Assembly: GCA_036381415.1 (NCBI GenBank)
Contig: DASVCV010000004.1
Span: 33,572 to 97,571 of the forward strand
Source: Patescibacteria group bacterium
GTDB lineage: Bacteria; Patescibacteriota; Microgenomatia; UBA8517
Reading direction: 5' to 3'
Length of the DNA stretch: 64,000 nucleotides
This document shows positions 8,572 to 17,884 of the stretch, piece by piece. Every line of letters starts with the position of its first letter. The first letter of the stretch is position 1. The translations under genes were made by a program, and so were the position numbers. The notes below the pieces were generated by a model. It made no database searches. It saw only the letters and a list, made by a program, of their open reading frames with translations, and was not told where the DNA came from.

Positions 8572-8871
8572 TTAAACTCCTGGTTGTTGACCACCTGTTG
8601 GAGGAACTGTTCCTCCTTGACCTGGCTCACCTGCTGGAGGAGTTTGTTCTCCTGGCACTCCGGCTGGTGTAGGGGTAGCTACTGGTTCAGTAGGTACATC
8701 AGTTGTAGGCACAGTTGGTTCAGGTGTAGGTGTTCCCATACCAGGAACTGCTGGTGTAGATGGCTCACCCATAGGTGTAGGTGTTCCCATACCAGGATCA
8801 GTTGGTGTTGCTGGGTTAGCTGGAACTGTTGGGTTAGGATTGTTTGGATCTATTGGATTAGTTGGATTCAT
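8572..8871 (-). CDS. Pro/Thr/Gly-rich disordered protein
   Basis: SD AAGGAGGTGA; tightly packed between trxA and trxB; PGMGTPTP occurs twice. Confidence 0.65.
   Translation of the reverse strand: MNPTNPIDPNNPNPTVPANPATPTDPGMGTPTPMGEPSTPAVPGMGTPTPEPTVPTTDVPTEPVATPTPAGVPGEQTPPAGEPGQGGTVPPTGGQQPGV
8722..8797. repeat. 25-bp direct repeat (two copies, 51-bp period) inside the Pro-rich ORF
   Basis: AGGTGTAGGTGTTCCCATACCAGGA at 8722-8746 and 8773-8797. Confidence 0.9.
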
Positions 8872-8890
8872 CTATAATCACCTCCTTAGG

Positions 8891-9211
8891 TTAAGCTGCT
8901 TTTTTGATTAAATCTTCAAAAGCATCTTTTCCTGCAAAACCTATTTGACGCGATACTTCTTTGCCATTCTTAAAAAGGATTGTTGTGGGAATAGACATCA
9001 CTCCAAACTTCATTGATGAAGCTTGGTTCTCATCTACATTAATTTTTACAAAATCCACCTTGCCTTTGTATTTTTCAGACAGCTCTTCAAGAACAGGAGC
9101 TGCCATTTTGCATGGTCCACACCAAGGAGCCCAAAAATCTACGATTATTGGAGTTTTGGATTTTAAAACTTTTTCTTCAAAAAGAGAGTCAGTGACATCA
9201 AGCATTGCCAT
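8891..9211 (-). CDS. trxA: thioredoxin
   Basis: DFWAPWCGPCK and SIPT motifs. Confidence 0.97.
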   Translation of the reverse strand: MAMLDVTDSLFEEKVLKSKTPIIVDFWAPWCGPCKMAAPVLEELSEKYKGKVDFVKINVDENQASSMKFGVMSIPTTILFKNGKEVSRQIGFAGKDAFEDLIKKAA

Positions 9212-9259
9212 ATATTTATCGTTTTCACTATACTCATCAGCTCTAGGTTAAGTCAATAA

Positions 9260-11440
9260 CTAAATTTTCACGCTTTTAAGTCTTAAAGAGTTAGCAACAA
9301 CTGAAATTGAAGAAGCTGCCATTGCAAATGCAGCAAGTGCAGGATTAAGAAGCATTCCAGTAAATGGATATAGAATTCCTGCTGCAACTGGAATGAGAAT
9401 AATATTGTAGCCAAAGGCCCAAAAAAGGTTTTCTTTAATAACATTTAAAGTGGACCTACTTAAATTAAAGGCTGTAAGAACACTTTTAATGTCTTTATTT
9501 AAGAGAGTAATACCTGCTGCTTCAATTGCAACATCAGTGCCAGTGCCCATAGCAATACCTACATCGGCACTAGCTAGAGCTGGGGCATCATTTACTCCAT
9601 CTCCAACGAAGGCTACCTTTTTTGAATCATTTTTTAGTTCCCCTACTTTAGATGCTTTTTCATCTGGAAGTACATCTGAAAGGATATTTTTAATACCAGC
9701 TTGCCTTGCAATTGCATTTGCAGTACGAGAATTGTCTCCTGTAATCATCCAGACTTCTCTTTTTTGGTTTTGCAACTGTCTTACTACTTCAGGAACTCCA
9801 TCTTTTAATACATCTGCTACGGCAACAATTCCTTCAAGTTTCTTCCCTCCCAAAAACATGACAGTTTTTCCTTCGTCTTCGAAATATTGGGCTTTTTGGG
9901 CATATTCAGATATGTTTATTTTTTCTTTAAGCATCAACTTCCTGTTTCCGAAAAAATATTTTTTGCCGAATAATGTGCCTTCAATCCCCATACCAGTATG
10001 GGCTTTGAAATTTTTGACAGAACTTAAGGCTACTTTTTTGGCTTTTGCGTGATTTACTATTGCTTCTGCCAAGGGGTGTTCTGAACCTTTTTCCAAAGAA
10101 GCAGCAATTTTTAGAAGCTTGCCATCTCCTAAAATGTCAGTAACTTGAGGAGTTCCTTTGGTTAAAGTTCCAGTCTTATCAAAAACTATAACTTTTATTT
10201 TGTTTGCGACTTCTAATGAAGAGGCATCTTTTATTAAAATTCCTTTTTCTGCAGCCTTGCCAGTGCCAACCATAATGGCAGTTGGGGTTGCCAGACCCAT
10301 TGCACAAGGACAGGCAATAATTAGAACCGCAATCATATTTATGAAGGCATGGAGTGGAGTATTAAAATCAAACCAGACAATGAAAGTAGCAACTGACAAC
10401 ATTAATACTGCTGGTACAAAATAGGATGATACTTGGTCAGCAAGACGCTGAATTGGAGCACGAGATGACTGAGCAGCTGAAACCAACCTAATTATTTGAG
10501 AAAGCATAGTTTCACTTCCTACTTTTGTTGCTTTAAATATAAAGCTGCCGTTTTTATTTAAAGTGGAGCCAATCACAGTATCTCCTTTTATTTTTTCAAC
10601 AGGAATTGATTCTCCTGTAACCATGGATTCATCTATTGAACTTGACCCATCAAGAATTATTCCATCAACTGGAACTTTTTCTCCTGGACGGACACGGATA
10701 GAATCTCCTACTTTTACCTCATTTATAGGAATATCAATTTCCTCACTACCTCGAATGACACGAGCAGTTTTTGCTTGAAGTCCAATTAACTTCTTAATAG
10801 CATCTGAAGTGTGAAGCTTTGCTCGGGCTTCTAAATATCTTCCTAATAAAATTAAAGTAATAATTACAGCGGCTGTGTCAAAATAAGTCCCTTTTGTAAT
10901 TCCAATAACAGATAGAAGTGAGTAGCCAAAGGCTGCAAGAGTTCCTACTGCAATAAGGGTATCCATACTGGCTGTCCTATTCTTGAGTCCTGAGACTGTT
11001 GCTTGGAAGAAAGAAAGACCTGCCCAAAATTGAACAGGGATAGTTAACAACAGTAGGACTGGAAGCATTGTTAAAAATGGAGGCACAAAAGTGAACCATT
11101 CAGGAAAACTGCCTAGAAAAACGAGAGTGGAAAGAACACTTGAAATAATTACTTTAGTTTTTAGACTTGCTAACTCTTTCTTTTTTGCCTCTTCTTTTAT
11201 TTCATCTGGACTTTGGTCGTGTTCACCAGCTGAATGGATTGCTTTGTAACCAGTCTGCTCTACTGCTCTTATCAGTTTATCTTCATTAGTGACACCAGGA
11301 TCATACTCAACTGAAGCAATCTCACTTCCATAGTTTACATTAGCTCCTACTACTCCAGTTGTCTTTGTGAGTCTTTTTTCAATAAGGCGGGCACAGGAGG
11401 CACAGTGCATTCCAATTATCGGAAGAGATACTCTTTTCAT
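9260..11440 (-). CDS. copA: copper-translocating P1B-type ATPase
   Basis: N-terminal GMHCASC HMA domain; TGES, CPC, DKTGTLT, HP, GDGVND, YN and MAASS motifs. Confidence 0.96.
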   Translation of the reverse strand: MKRVSLPIIGMHCASCARLIEKRLTKTTGVVGANVNYGSEIASVEYDPGVTNEDKLIRAVEQTGYKAIHSAGEHDQSPDEIKEEAKKKELASLKTKVIISSVLSTLVFLGSFPEWFTFVPPFLTMLPVLLLLTIPVQFWAGLSFFQATVSGLKNRTASMDTLIAVGTLAAFGYSLLSVIGITKGTYFDTAAVIITLILLGRYLEARAKLHTSDAIKKLIGLQAKTARVIRGSEEIDIPINEVKVGDSIRVRPGEKVPVDGIILDGSSSIDESMVTGESIPVEKIKGDTVIGSTLNKNGSFIFKATKVGSETMLSQIIRLVSAAQSSRAPIQRLADQVSSYFVPAVLMLSVATFIVWFDFNTPLHAFINMIAVLIIACPCAMGLATPTAIMVGTGKAAEKGILIKDASSLEVANKIKVIVFDKTGTLTKGTPQVTDILGDGKLLKIAASLEKGSEHPLAEAIVNHAKAKKVALSSVKNFKAHTGMGIEGTLFGKKYFFGNRKLMLKEKINISEYAQKAQYFEDEGKTVMFLGGKKLEGIVAVADVLKDGVPEVVRQLQNQKREVWMITGDNSRTANAIARQAGIKNILSDVLPDEKASKVGELKNDSKKVAFVGDGVNDAPALASADVGIAMGTGTDVAIEAAGITLLNKDIKSVLTAFNLSRSTLNVIKENLFWAFGYNIILIPVAAGILYPFTGMLLNPALAAFAMAASSISVVANSLRLKSVKI

Positions 11441-11787
11441 TCAACTACCACCTTTCCTTCATACATATGCATTCCGCAATGAAAAACAATTTCTCCAACT
11501 TCTTTTGGAGTAATTTCAATTTTTACTTCTTCATTCATTGGTAAATACTTTTTGATTTTGAAATCAGGAATTACAATTTCTTCTAAGCAACTATTTGGAT
11601 CTTTTCTTATAAATTTGAGTTCTACAGGTTTTCCTTTTTTAACTTTGATAACAGAGGGTTTATACCCTCCCTCAACCACAATTGTGGTTTCTCCTTCTGC
11701 TTTTACTTCTTCTTTTTTACCAAAGAAGAACCAATAGATAAAGCTAATTAAAATTAGCCCTAAGATAGTAACTAAAAATTTTTCCAT
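11437..11787 (-). CDS. membrane-anchored cupredoxin-domain protein (CupA-like)
   Basis: TM anchor, GGYKPS, SCLEE and FHCGMHM; overlaps the copA start. Confidence 0.88.
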   Translation of the reverse strand: MEKFLVTILGLILISFIYWFFFGKKEEVKAEGETTIVVEGGYKPSVIKVKKGKPVELKFIRKDPNSCLEEIVIPDFKIKKYLPMNEEVKIEITPKEVGEIVFHCGMHMYEGKVVVE

Positions 11788-11813
11788 TTTTAAATTTCTA
11801 TAATTTCAAACTA

Positions 11814-11954
11814 TTACTTATTTCCTTTTTTCCAAACCCATCGAATTAATGCTACTAAAAGAACAGCAAATAAAATCCACATTATTAGATTAAATACACC
11901 TACAAACTGAGCTCCTCCCATCATCCAGGCAGGATTATAACCCCATCCCATCAT
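11814..11954 (-). CDS. 46-aa Met/Gly-rich single-TM protein (not in ORF track)
   Basis: Translated manually: MMGWGYNPAWMMGGAQFVGVFNLIMWILFAVLLVALIRWVWKKGNK; SD AAGGAGGTGA. Confidence 0.75.
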   Translation of the reverse strand: MMGWGYNPAWMMGGAQFVGVFNLIMWILFAVLLVALIRWVWKKGNK

Positions 11955-11968
11955 ATTCATCACCTCCT

Positions 11969-12238
11969 TTACTTTCTAGTAAAACTATTATAAATTAATG
12001 CTCCTAACCAACCGGTTACCCAAGATACTCCTGTAAATGTTACTAACCCCACTAAGAATCCATCTTGACTTGGTTTCCAGACTGCAGACAAATTGACTGA
12101 ATGGAACCAACTTTGGGCAACAGTTTTGTAAATATCAGGTGCAAAGGTGGCTAAAATAGCACAACCTATAAAATAAAGGGCCGCTACTATTCCAAAAGTG
12201 TTAGCTACTGCCATTTGATTTAACTTCATTTTCCTCAC
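11969..12238 (-). CDS. DUF5676-like membrane protein
   Basis: YFIGCA...SWFH...GLV...GALIYN pattern, two to three TM helices, copper-locus context. Confidence 0.7.
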   Translation of the reverse strand: MRKMKLNQMAVANTFGIVAALYFIGCAILATFAPDIYKTVAQSWFHSVNLSAVWKPSQDGFLVGLVTFTGVSWVTGWLGALIYNSFTRK

Positions 12239-12262
12239 CCCCTTAAGATTAATCCTAACATT

Positions 12263-13429
12263 TTAAGCTCCACATCCTCCACTACTTTTTGCTGCATAGG
12301 GAAGATCTCCAACTTTTTGTGCAATATTTGCTGCTCCACTTCCTGAGGAAAATTCTGACCCAAGAACTTTTTTGGCGTCTACGTTTTCCCAGTCTATTCC
12401 CTGTCTTGCAAAATAAGTTGCGGCAGTCAAATACGAGCTTCCAAACCAGAATGAATTAAGCTTGAGAACGTTTTTGTAGACAGCTTCATCTGGCATATCC
12501 TGGGATACCATCAATTCAATTGCAGCGAGGGCTGCCATGCCATGATTACAATCCGGAAACCATGTGGAGTTACCACAGCAAGGACGATATATATTTTTTG
12601 CAATTTCTGCGACTTTTTTCTGTTGTTCATCAGTTAAGTTAATTAATGTATGTTTCCCAAGATGGCTAACTGCATTCCCTTGGGACAGAGTCCACCCTGC
12701 AGTTGAGGAGAAATTGCCGATGTCCTTTTTATATTCTTTGCCCATTGGCCCTTCTTCATATGCAAGACTTTTTTGTGCAAGACCTAAAGCCCAGAGGAAA
12801 TCTACAACAAATTGGCTATTTTCTGATGTAATCTTGACAGGATCAGTTGAACCTTTTTCCAAAATATTTTTCTGATCTTCTGTTAAGTTAACAGCCCTTG
12901 CAAATTTTTCTTTGTCAATAACCCCTAAGCTTACAAGTCTAGGACCCAACACTCCCCAATTTACAGGGAGTACAAACCCTTCAGATGGCATAACTTTATC
13001 TGGTAAGTTTGATAAATCGTATAGTTTAAGCCCTGACTTTTTCCATTCTGACATTCCCCCTTTTAAATGAACAACATTGGTATAGCCCATTGTTTTTAAA
13101 GTTTCTAAGGCTTCTTTGCTCATATTGCCTGATTCACAATAAAGTACAATTTTTCCATTTTTATCTTTAGGAAGGTTATCCTCGTTTGCTTTCATTTCAT
13201 CGAATGGAATAAATAAGTCTGTAGAAGGGATTTCTCCAGAGTAAGGAGTGTGAACATTAATTAATGTAAAGTTTTTGCCTGAAAGAGCGGAGTTAAGCTG
13301 AGGTGCATTTATTTCTGAGTTTGCATAATTTATTGTTAAGCTGCCTACAATTGGAGCAAAATTAATTCCTAAGGTAAACCCTGTGAAGAATGTTAAGACT
13401 AAAAGTAGAATTATCTTTTTAGTGTTCAT
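12263..13429 (-). CDS. exported rhodanese-domain protein with an uncharacterised Cys-rich C-terminal domain
   Basis: Signal peptide; INVH...LYCESGNMS...HLKGGMSEW rhodanese domain; C-terminal YRPCCGN...DCNHG and GGCGA. Confidence 0.78.
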   Translation of the reverse strand: MNTKKIILLLVLTFFTGFTLGINFAPIVGSLTINYANSEINAPQLNSALSGKNFTLINVHTPYSGEIPSTDLFIPFDEMKANEDNLPKDKNGKIVLYCESGNMSKEALETLKTMGYTNVVHLKGGMSEWKKSGLKLYDLSNLPDKVMPSEGFVLPVNWGVLGPRLVSLGVIDKEKFARAVNLTEDQKNILEKGSTDPVKITSENSQFVVDFLWALGLAQKSLAYEEGPMGKEYKKDIGNFSSTAGWTLSQGNAVSHLGKHTLINLTDEQQKKVAEIAKNIYRPCCGNSTWFPDCNHGMAALAAIELMVSQDMPDEAVYKNVLKLNSFWFGSSYLTAATYFARQGIDWENVDAKKVLGSEFSSGSGAANIAQKVGDLPYAAKSSGGCGA

Positions 13430-13941
13430 AGAGATGTAAAGTTAACTATATAGAACATGATAAAAGACAAAATTAAAATGCTTCCAATACTTACAACTAC
13501 TCTCTGGTATGGAAAAAATACTTTTTTATTTTTGGCGATTATTAAATCATTTATTACATCAACAAGATAAAAGAAAATTCCTCCAGCTAAAATTCCAAAC
13601 GTTAATTTGTGGATTCCAAAAACTTCTCCTGAAAAACGAGGGATAAGATTAAATTTATAAAATGACCAGATGGTTAGGCCAAAAGTAAGAATGTAGACTA
13701 AAGGCTTTAGAAAAGGCAGCTGAGCTTTTTTCCTAATTACATTTGTTAACCACAGAGCCATTGCACCTAAAAATGCTGCCATCCAAACTCCTGTTACTGC
13801 ATCATCTACTCCAAGAAGACGAGACAAAGAAAGTCCAACCGCAGCACCTGCTACGCAAAGTGGACAATGAGCTAGAGCAGATACAGGAAAAAGAATTTTA
13901 ATGAGAAATAATAATAAAGAGGTGAGAAGTATTTTTTTCAT
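13426..13941 (-). CDS. membrane protein with N-terminal HCPLC motif
   Basis: Signal-like segment ending ALA-HCPLC, then about four TM helices. Confidence 0.75.
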   Translation of the reverse strand: MKKILLTSLLLFLIKILFPVSALAHCPLCVAGAAVGLSLSRLLGVDDAVTGVWMAAFLGAMALWLTNVIRKKAQLPFLKPLVYILTFGLTIWSFYKFNLIPRFSGEVFGIHKLTFGILAGGIFFYLVDVINDLIIAKNKKVFFPYQRVVVSIGSILILSFIMFYIVNFTSL

Positions 13942-14453
13942 TTGAGAACAACAATACCTTTAAAAGTAAGAGTTTTAATTCCAACTGGATCAGAGAAAGT
14001 AAGGTTAACTTGCCGATCTATTGGACCAACGCCTTGGGGACCATGTGCTGTTGGGTCAAATTGCATCGTAACGACTGCTGTTTCGCCTGACTTTATTTCA
14101 TATCCATCAAGTACCGGGTTTATGTTTCCATGTGCTTCCAACCCAAAATATCTAGTTTCACGATCGCCAATTTTTACTTTTGCTTTTGTGCACATACAGG
14201 AAGTGGCAACTTTTCTTAGTCTTATGGACTTGTCAGTAGTGTTTTTTATTTCGTATTCTTTTGTAACAATTCCTTTTGAGTAAAGTATTTCACCTAAATC
14301 GTAATTTGGGGGGTTTGCCTCTAGACCTAAAACTTGATTGGTCGGAGTGGCAATAGTATTTTTTTGATTAATTTTTTGTTGGAAGTAAACTAATCCTCCA
14401 ACACCAAGAACTAAAATTAATACGATACTAGCTAATAAAAATTTACTTTTCAT
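13938..14453 (-). CDS. DUF1573-like Ig-fold exported protein
   Basis: YDLGEI...IKNT...TSCMCT...FDPTAHG. Confidence 0.75.
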   Translation of the reverse strand: MKSKFLLASIVLILVLGVGGLVYFQQKINQKNTIATPTNQVLGLEANPPNYDLGEILYSKGIVTKEYEIKNTTDKSIRLRKVATSCMCTKAKVKIGDRETRYFGLEAHGNINPVLDGYEIKSGETAVVTMQFDPTAHGPQGVGPIDRQVNLTFSDPVGIKTLTFKGIVVLK

Positions 14454-14725
14454 TTATTACCTTTTTTAAATAGCTCTAATATCTCACTTACAAGTTTTTC
14501 CTTTTCTGACTTACTCCCATGAATGTCATGGAGTACACAACTATGGAGGTGCCCATGGAGAACTAACTCATCAACTTTTTTAAGGGCTGCTTGAACGGCT
14601 TGCGATTGGTGGATTACATCAGGACAGTAAGAATCTTCTTCAAGCATTCTTTGAACTTTCTCTAAGTGCCCTTTGGCAACCTTAATCCTTTGGAGGGCAT
14701 CTTTTTTAAAATTATTGTTGTGCAT
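14450..14725 (-). CDS. csoR: CsoR/RcnR-family metal-sensing repressor
   Basis: RIKVAKGHL, YCPDVIHQ and HLHSC (Cys/His/Cys ligands). Promoter geometry favours a leaderless start at ATG 14725. Confidence 0.9.
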   Translation of the reverse strand: MHNNNFKKDALQRIKVAKGHLEKVQRMLEEDSYCPDVIHQSQAVQAALKKVDELVLHGHLHSCVLHDIHGSKSEKEKLVSEILELFKKGNK

Positions 14726-14731
14726 GCCCAT

Positions 14732-14760
14732 ACCCTACCCCCTGGTGGGGGGTATGTCAA
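14732..14760 (-). promoter_or_regulatory. sigma70 promoter overlapped by a CsoR operator
   Basis: Minus strand TTGACA-17nt-TAGGGT. The palindrome TACCCCC-TGGT-GGGGGGTA (14736-14754) is a G/C-tract CsoR-type operator. Confidence 0.85.
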
Positions 14761-14851
14761 GACCCAATTTATTAGTTATTTTATTTCAAAAATCTCGCCA
14801 TCACCCATTATTCTGAAAGCTGCTTGTATAATAACTACAAGACATGTAACT

Positions 14852-15391
14852 ATGGTAGACAAATCAGAGATAAGCAGTTTACTCGAAAAGATTGAGTCAG
14901 CTACAAAAAACAGAAAGCTTGATTTATCAAGCGATGAAGATTTATCAATTGGAATAATGAATCTCATTTCAATCGAGGAACATTTGTTTTTTACTTCTCA
15001 AAAAACTGGAAAGAGCAAATATTTAGACCTACTTAACGAAGTCAGGCTCATGAGAACAGAACTCATGAAGAAAATTATTAAGGATTATGAAGGAGAAGTG
15101 TGGTGTATTAGTAAACATTTACTTAGTGCCACAATGAGATTAACTGAAGTAGGAACAAAAGAGCTAAAGAAAGGAAACAAAAAAGTAGCTTGGGATTTGT
15201 TTGAGAAGGCATACAAACTCTATTCTCTTTTTTGGGGAATTAATTTAGATATCTTAAAAATGGATAATGTTAAAATAAAAAACGATGAAATAAATTATAT
15301 TAATGAAGGCGCAAAAAAAGAAAATACCACATCAATCTTTAGTAAAATGGGCAAGATTGTTCAAAAAGCAGTAGACTGTTGTAAAGAATAG
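14852..15391 (+). CDS. helical hypothetical protein with Cys/His motifs, divergent arm of the copper locus
   Basis: Likely start MVDKSE; motifs IEEH, WCISKHLL and C-terminal DCCKE. Confidence 0.7.
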   Translation: MVDKSEISSLLEKIESATKNRKLDLSSDEDLSIGIMNLISIEEHLFFTSQKTGKSKYLDLLNEVRLMRTELMKKIIKDYEGEVWCISKHLLSATMRLTEVGTKELKKGNKKVAWDLFEKAYKLYSLFWGINLDILKMDNVKIKNDEINYINEGAKKENTTSIFSKMGKIVQKAVDCCKE

Positions 15392-15405
15392 TATAATTAT
15401 ATTTT

Positions 15406-16419
15406 ATGAATCAAATTTGGCTGGCATTTTTAACAGGTTTAACAACAGGAGGAATTTCTTGCATGGCAGTTCAGGGAGGACTTCTTGCCACTTCCCTATC
15501 TCAAAAAACTGAAGCAGACATTACTAGAAATGAGAGATTTACCCAAGTTGGGATATTTTTAGCTGCTAAAATACTTGCTTATACAATTTTGGGGGCATTG
15601 CTTGGTGCAATAGGTTCCAAGCTTATACTTTCTCCTATCTTGCAGGCCTGGATGCAGATTTTTGTTGGATTTTTTATGCTTGCTACAGCTGGAAGGCTTT
15701 TAAATCTTCATCCTGTGTTTAGATACTTTGTAATACAACCGCCAAAGTTTGTTTATAGGTTTATGAAGAATAAAGCAAAAAGCGACTCATTTTTTACACC
15801 TGCACTCTTAGGAGTTATGACAATTCTTATTCCTTGCGGAGTTACCCAGGCAATGATGGTATTAGCAGTTGGAACTGGGTCAGCAGTAATTGGGGCACTA
15901 ATACTTTTCGCATTTGTCCTTGGGACAAGTCCAGTGTTTTTTACATTAGGGGTTGCAGCGTCAAGCCTTATGAAGAAAAAGGCTTTTGTGTATATTTCAT
16001 CAATTGTCATTCTAGTCTTAGGAGTACTTTCTATAAATTCAGGACAAATATTGCGGGGCTCTCCACACACTATTCAAAATTATTACACAGCACTTGTTTC
16101 AATATTCAAACCAACTGCTCAGGCCAAAGGATCTGTTGCTGGAATTCAAAATGGCAGCCAAGAAGTTGTTGTTAATGTAAAATCAAGTGGGTACACATCA
16201 ACAGTTAACACTTTGAAAGCCGGGGTGCCTGTACGCATGAAGTTGGTAACCAACAACACTCAGGGCTGCGCAAGAGCTTTTAATATTCCTTCAATGGGCA
16301 TTAGCAAAGTACTTCCTCAAACTGGAACAGAATTAGTAGAGTTTACTCCAACTAAAGCTGGAAGGTTGACAGCAACTTGCTCAATGGGAATGTATACAAT
16401 TAATTTTAACGTTATTTAA
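15406..16419 (+). CDS. DsbD_2/TauE-like transmembrane protein fused to a cupredoxin domain
   Basis: GGISCMAVQGGL and LIPCG TM Cys pair; C-terminal GCARAF...TCSMGMY. Confidence 0.85.
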   Translation: MNQIWLAFLTGLTTGGISCMAVQGGLLATSLSQKTEADITRNERFTQVGIFLAAKILAYTILGALLGAIGSKLILSPILQAWMQIFVGFFMLATAGRLLNLHPVFRYFVIQPPKFVYRFMKNKAKSDSFFTPALLGVMTILIPCGVTQAMMVLAVGTGSAVIGALILFAFVLGTSPVFFTLGVAASSLMKKKAFVYISSIVILVLGVLSINSGQILRGSPHTIQNYYTALVSIFKPTAQAKGSVAGIQNGSQEVVVNVKSSGYTSTVNTLKAGVPVRMKLVTNNTQGCARAFNIPSMGISKVLPQTGTELVEFTPTKAGRLTATCSMGMYTINFNVI

Positions 16420-16422
16420 GAT

Positions 16423-16629
16423 ATGGCAAAAACAAAGACATACAAAGTTAATGGTATGGATTGCACATCATGTGCAATGATGATTGAGTCTGATTTAGAG
16501 GATGAAGGAATAAAAGCAAAGTGCAGCTTTGCAAAAGAGACTCTTGAGGTGGAAGACAACGGAAAACTGGATGAAGACAAAATTAAAAAAGTAGTTGAAG
16601 ATTCGGGATACAGTCTTTCTACGAACTAA
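16423..16629 (+). CDS. copZ: heavy-metal-associated copper chaperone
   Basis: GMDCTSC motif, 68 aa. Confidence 0.88.
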   Translation: MAKTKTYKVNGMDCTSCAMMIESDLEDEGIKAKCSFAKETLEVEDNGKLDEDKIKKVVEDSGYSLSTN

Positions 16630-17041
16630 TTATAAGATTTGGAACTGGATTAAAATCAGTGTACCTCCACCAGATTGGTGTAAAAACTAAATAACAACTG
16701 CCTTCATTTTCATATCTTTTGTGATCTGGATATTTTTCAAAGTAGATTTTTCTTATTTCTTCAATTTTTCCTCTATCCTCCTCCATTCTTATTTCACCAT
16801 CAGTTTGAAGAGTTATCATGTTTTTTTCATCAAAACCTAATACAAACGAGGCTTTGGCAGGAAGACCATTTAGAAGAGGTTCCATTTTTTTACTATCTTT
16901 ATCTGTAAGAAAGTAAATCTCTAGGGGATCTTTTTTGTATGCAAAAACCATGCAAGAGGTGTGAGGAGTGTTATCTGAAAGGCTGATACTAAGAGCACAA
17001 GACCTTTCTTTATTTAGAATATCTATGACCTTATTATCCAT
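16619..17041 (-). CDS. pyridoxamine 5'-phosphate oxidase-like FMN split-barrel protein
   Basis: PHTS...IYFLTDKDSKK...TLQTDG...WWRYTDF. Confidence 0.7.
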   Translation of the reverse strand: MDNKVIDILNKERSCALSISLSDNTPHTSCMVFAYKKDPLEIYFLTDKDSKKMEPLLNGLPAKASFVLGFDEKNMITLQTDGEIRMEEDRGKIEEIRKIYFEKYPDHKRYENEGSCYLVFTPIWWRYTDFNPVPNLIISS

Positions 17042-17050
17042 TCCTAAATA

Positions 17051-17584
17051 CTACATTAAAATACTAAAAATAAGAAGAATTGCTAAGCTTGAAACAAGAT
17101 ATATAACAGTTTGAGTGTTATCTAATACAAGGTTTAATTTGTAAATCCAATTTGAGAGTGTTTTCATATTCTGATAATCAACTATTTGATCAATTGTTAG
17201 GTGAAGAAGAAAGGCAAGGACTATTCCCCTACCTATTAAACTTGCAGAGGAAGTTAACACTAGAAATGCAAGAATAACAAAAATAATCTGAAAAAGAGTG
17301 GTGTGCAAAATTAAATTTCTTCTTTCTGAGCGGGTGGAAGCAAGCAGCTGCCAGGTTTTTAAAAGTTCTCCTTTTTGAGACATATAGATTGCTCTTTGAG
17401 AAGTAAGCTCATTGGGGCGGAGATAATAAACATAAATTATATGATCAACATCAGGAAGAATAGTTCCAATTAATCCTCCTACCCAAAGTGGCCAGTAGTT
17501 AATAGAGATCCAACCTTTAAGGAAAGAGAACAAAAGAAATAGAAGAATAAATGAGATTGTATGAATTAATATTTCTTTCTTCAC
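17051..17584 (-). CDS. membrane protein, YdjM-like metal-dependent hydrolase
   Basis: GTILPDVDH, LHT and HLTID motifs within TM helices. Confidence 0.65.
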   Translation of the reverse strand: MKKEILIHTISFILLFLLFSFLKGWISINYWPLWVGGLIGTILPDVDHIIYVYYLRPNELTSQRAIYMSQKGELLKTWQLLASTRSERRNLILHTTLFQIIFVILAFLVLTSSASLIGRGIVLAFLLHLTIDQIVDYQNMKTLSNWIYKLNLVLDNTQTVIYLVSSLAILLIFSILM

Positions 17585-17883
17585 AAATTAATCATACATT
17601 TTTTGAGATCTACATGCATCTGGTCTTTGAAAAGCACACCTTCTTTAAGAAGCTTTTCTTTTTGCATATCTGGTCCTCCAAAGGCATAACCTGGAGCTAG
17701 TCTTCCATCTTTGTTTACTACTCTATGACAAGGGACTGAAAGATCTTTATTAGCATGGAGTGCCCAGCCAATTTTTCTTACATCTTTTGTACCAAGAGAC
17801 TTTGCAATTTCTCCATAAGTAGTTACTTTACCTTTAGGAACTTTCGTTACAATTTCATGTACTTTTTGAAATAAATTATCCAT
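17581..17883 (-). CDS. MGMT-family O6-alkylguanine repair protein
   Basis: VPKGKVTTYGEIA and VPCHRVV. Confidence 0.92.
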   Translation of the reverse strand: MDNLFQKVHEIVTKVPKGKVTTYGEIAKSLGTKDVRKIGWALHANKDLSVPCHRVVNKDGRLAPGYAFGGPDMQKEKLLKEGVLFKDQMHVDLKKCMINL

Positions 17884-17884
17884 A

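Noticed and set aside
14666-14851. N-terminal extension of the 14666..15391 ORF
   Set aside because: It overlaps csoR and its operator/promoter. ATG 14852, downstream of TATAAT, is the plausible start.
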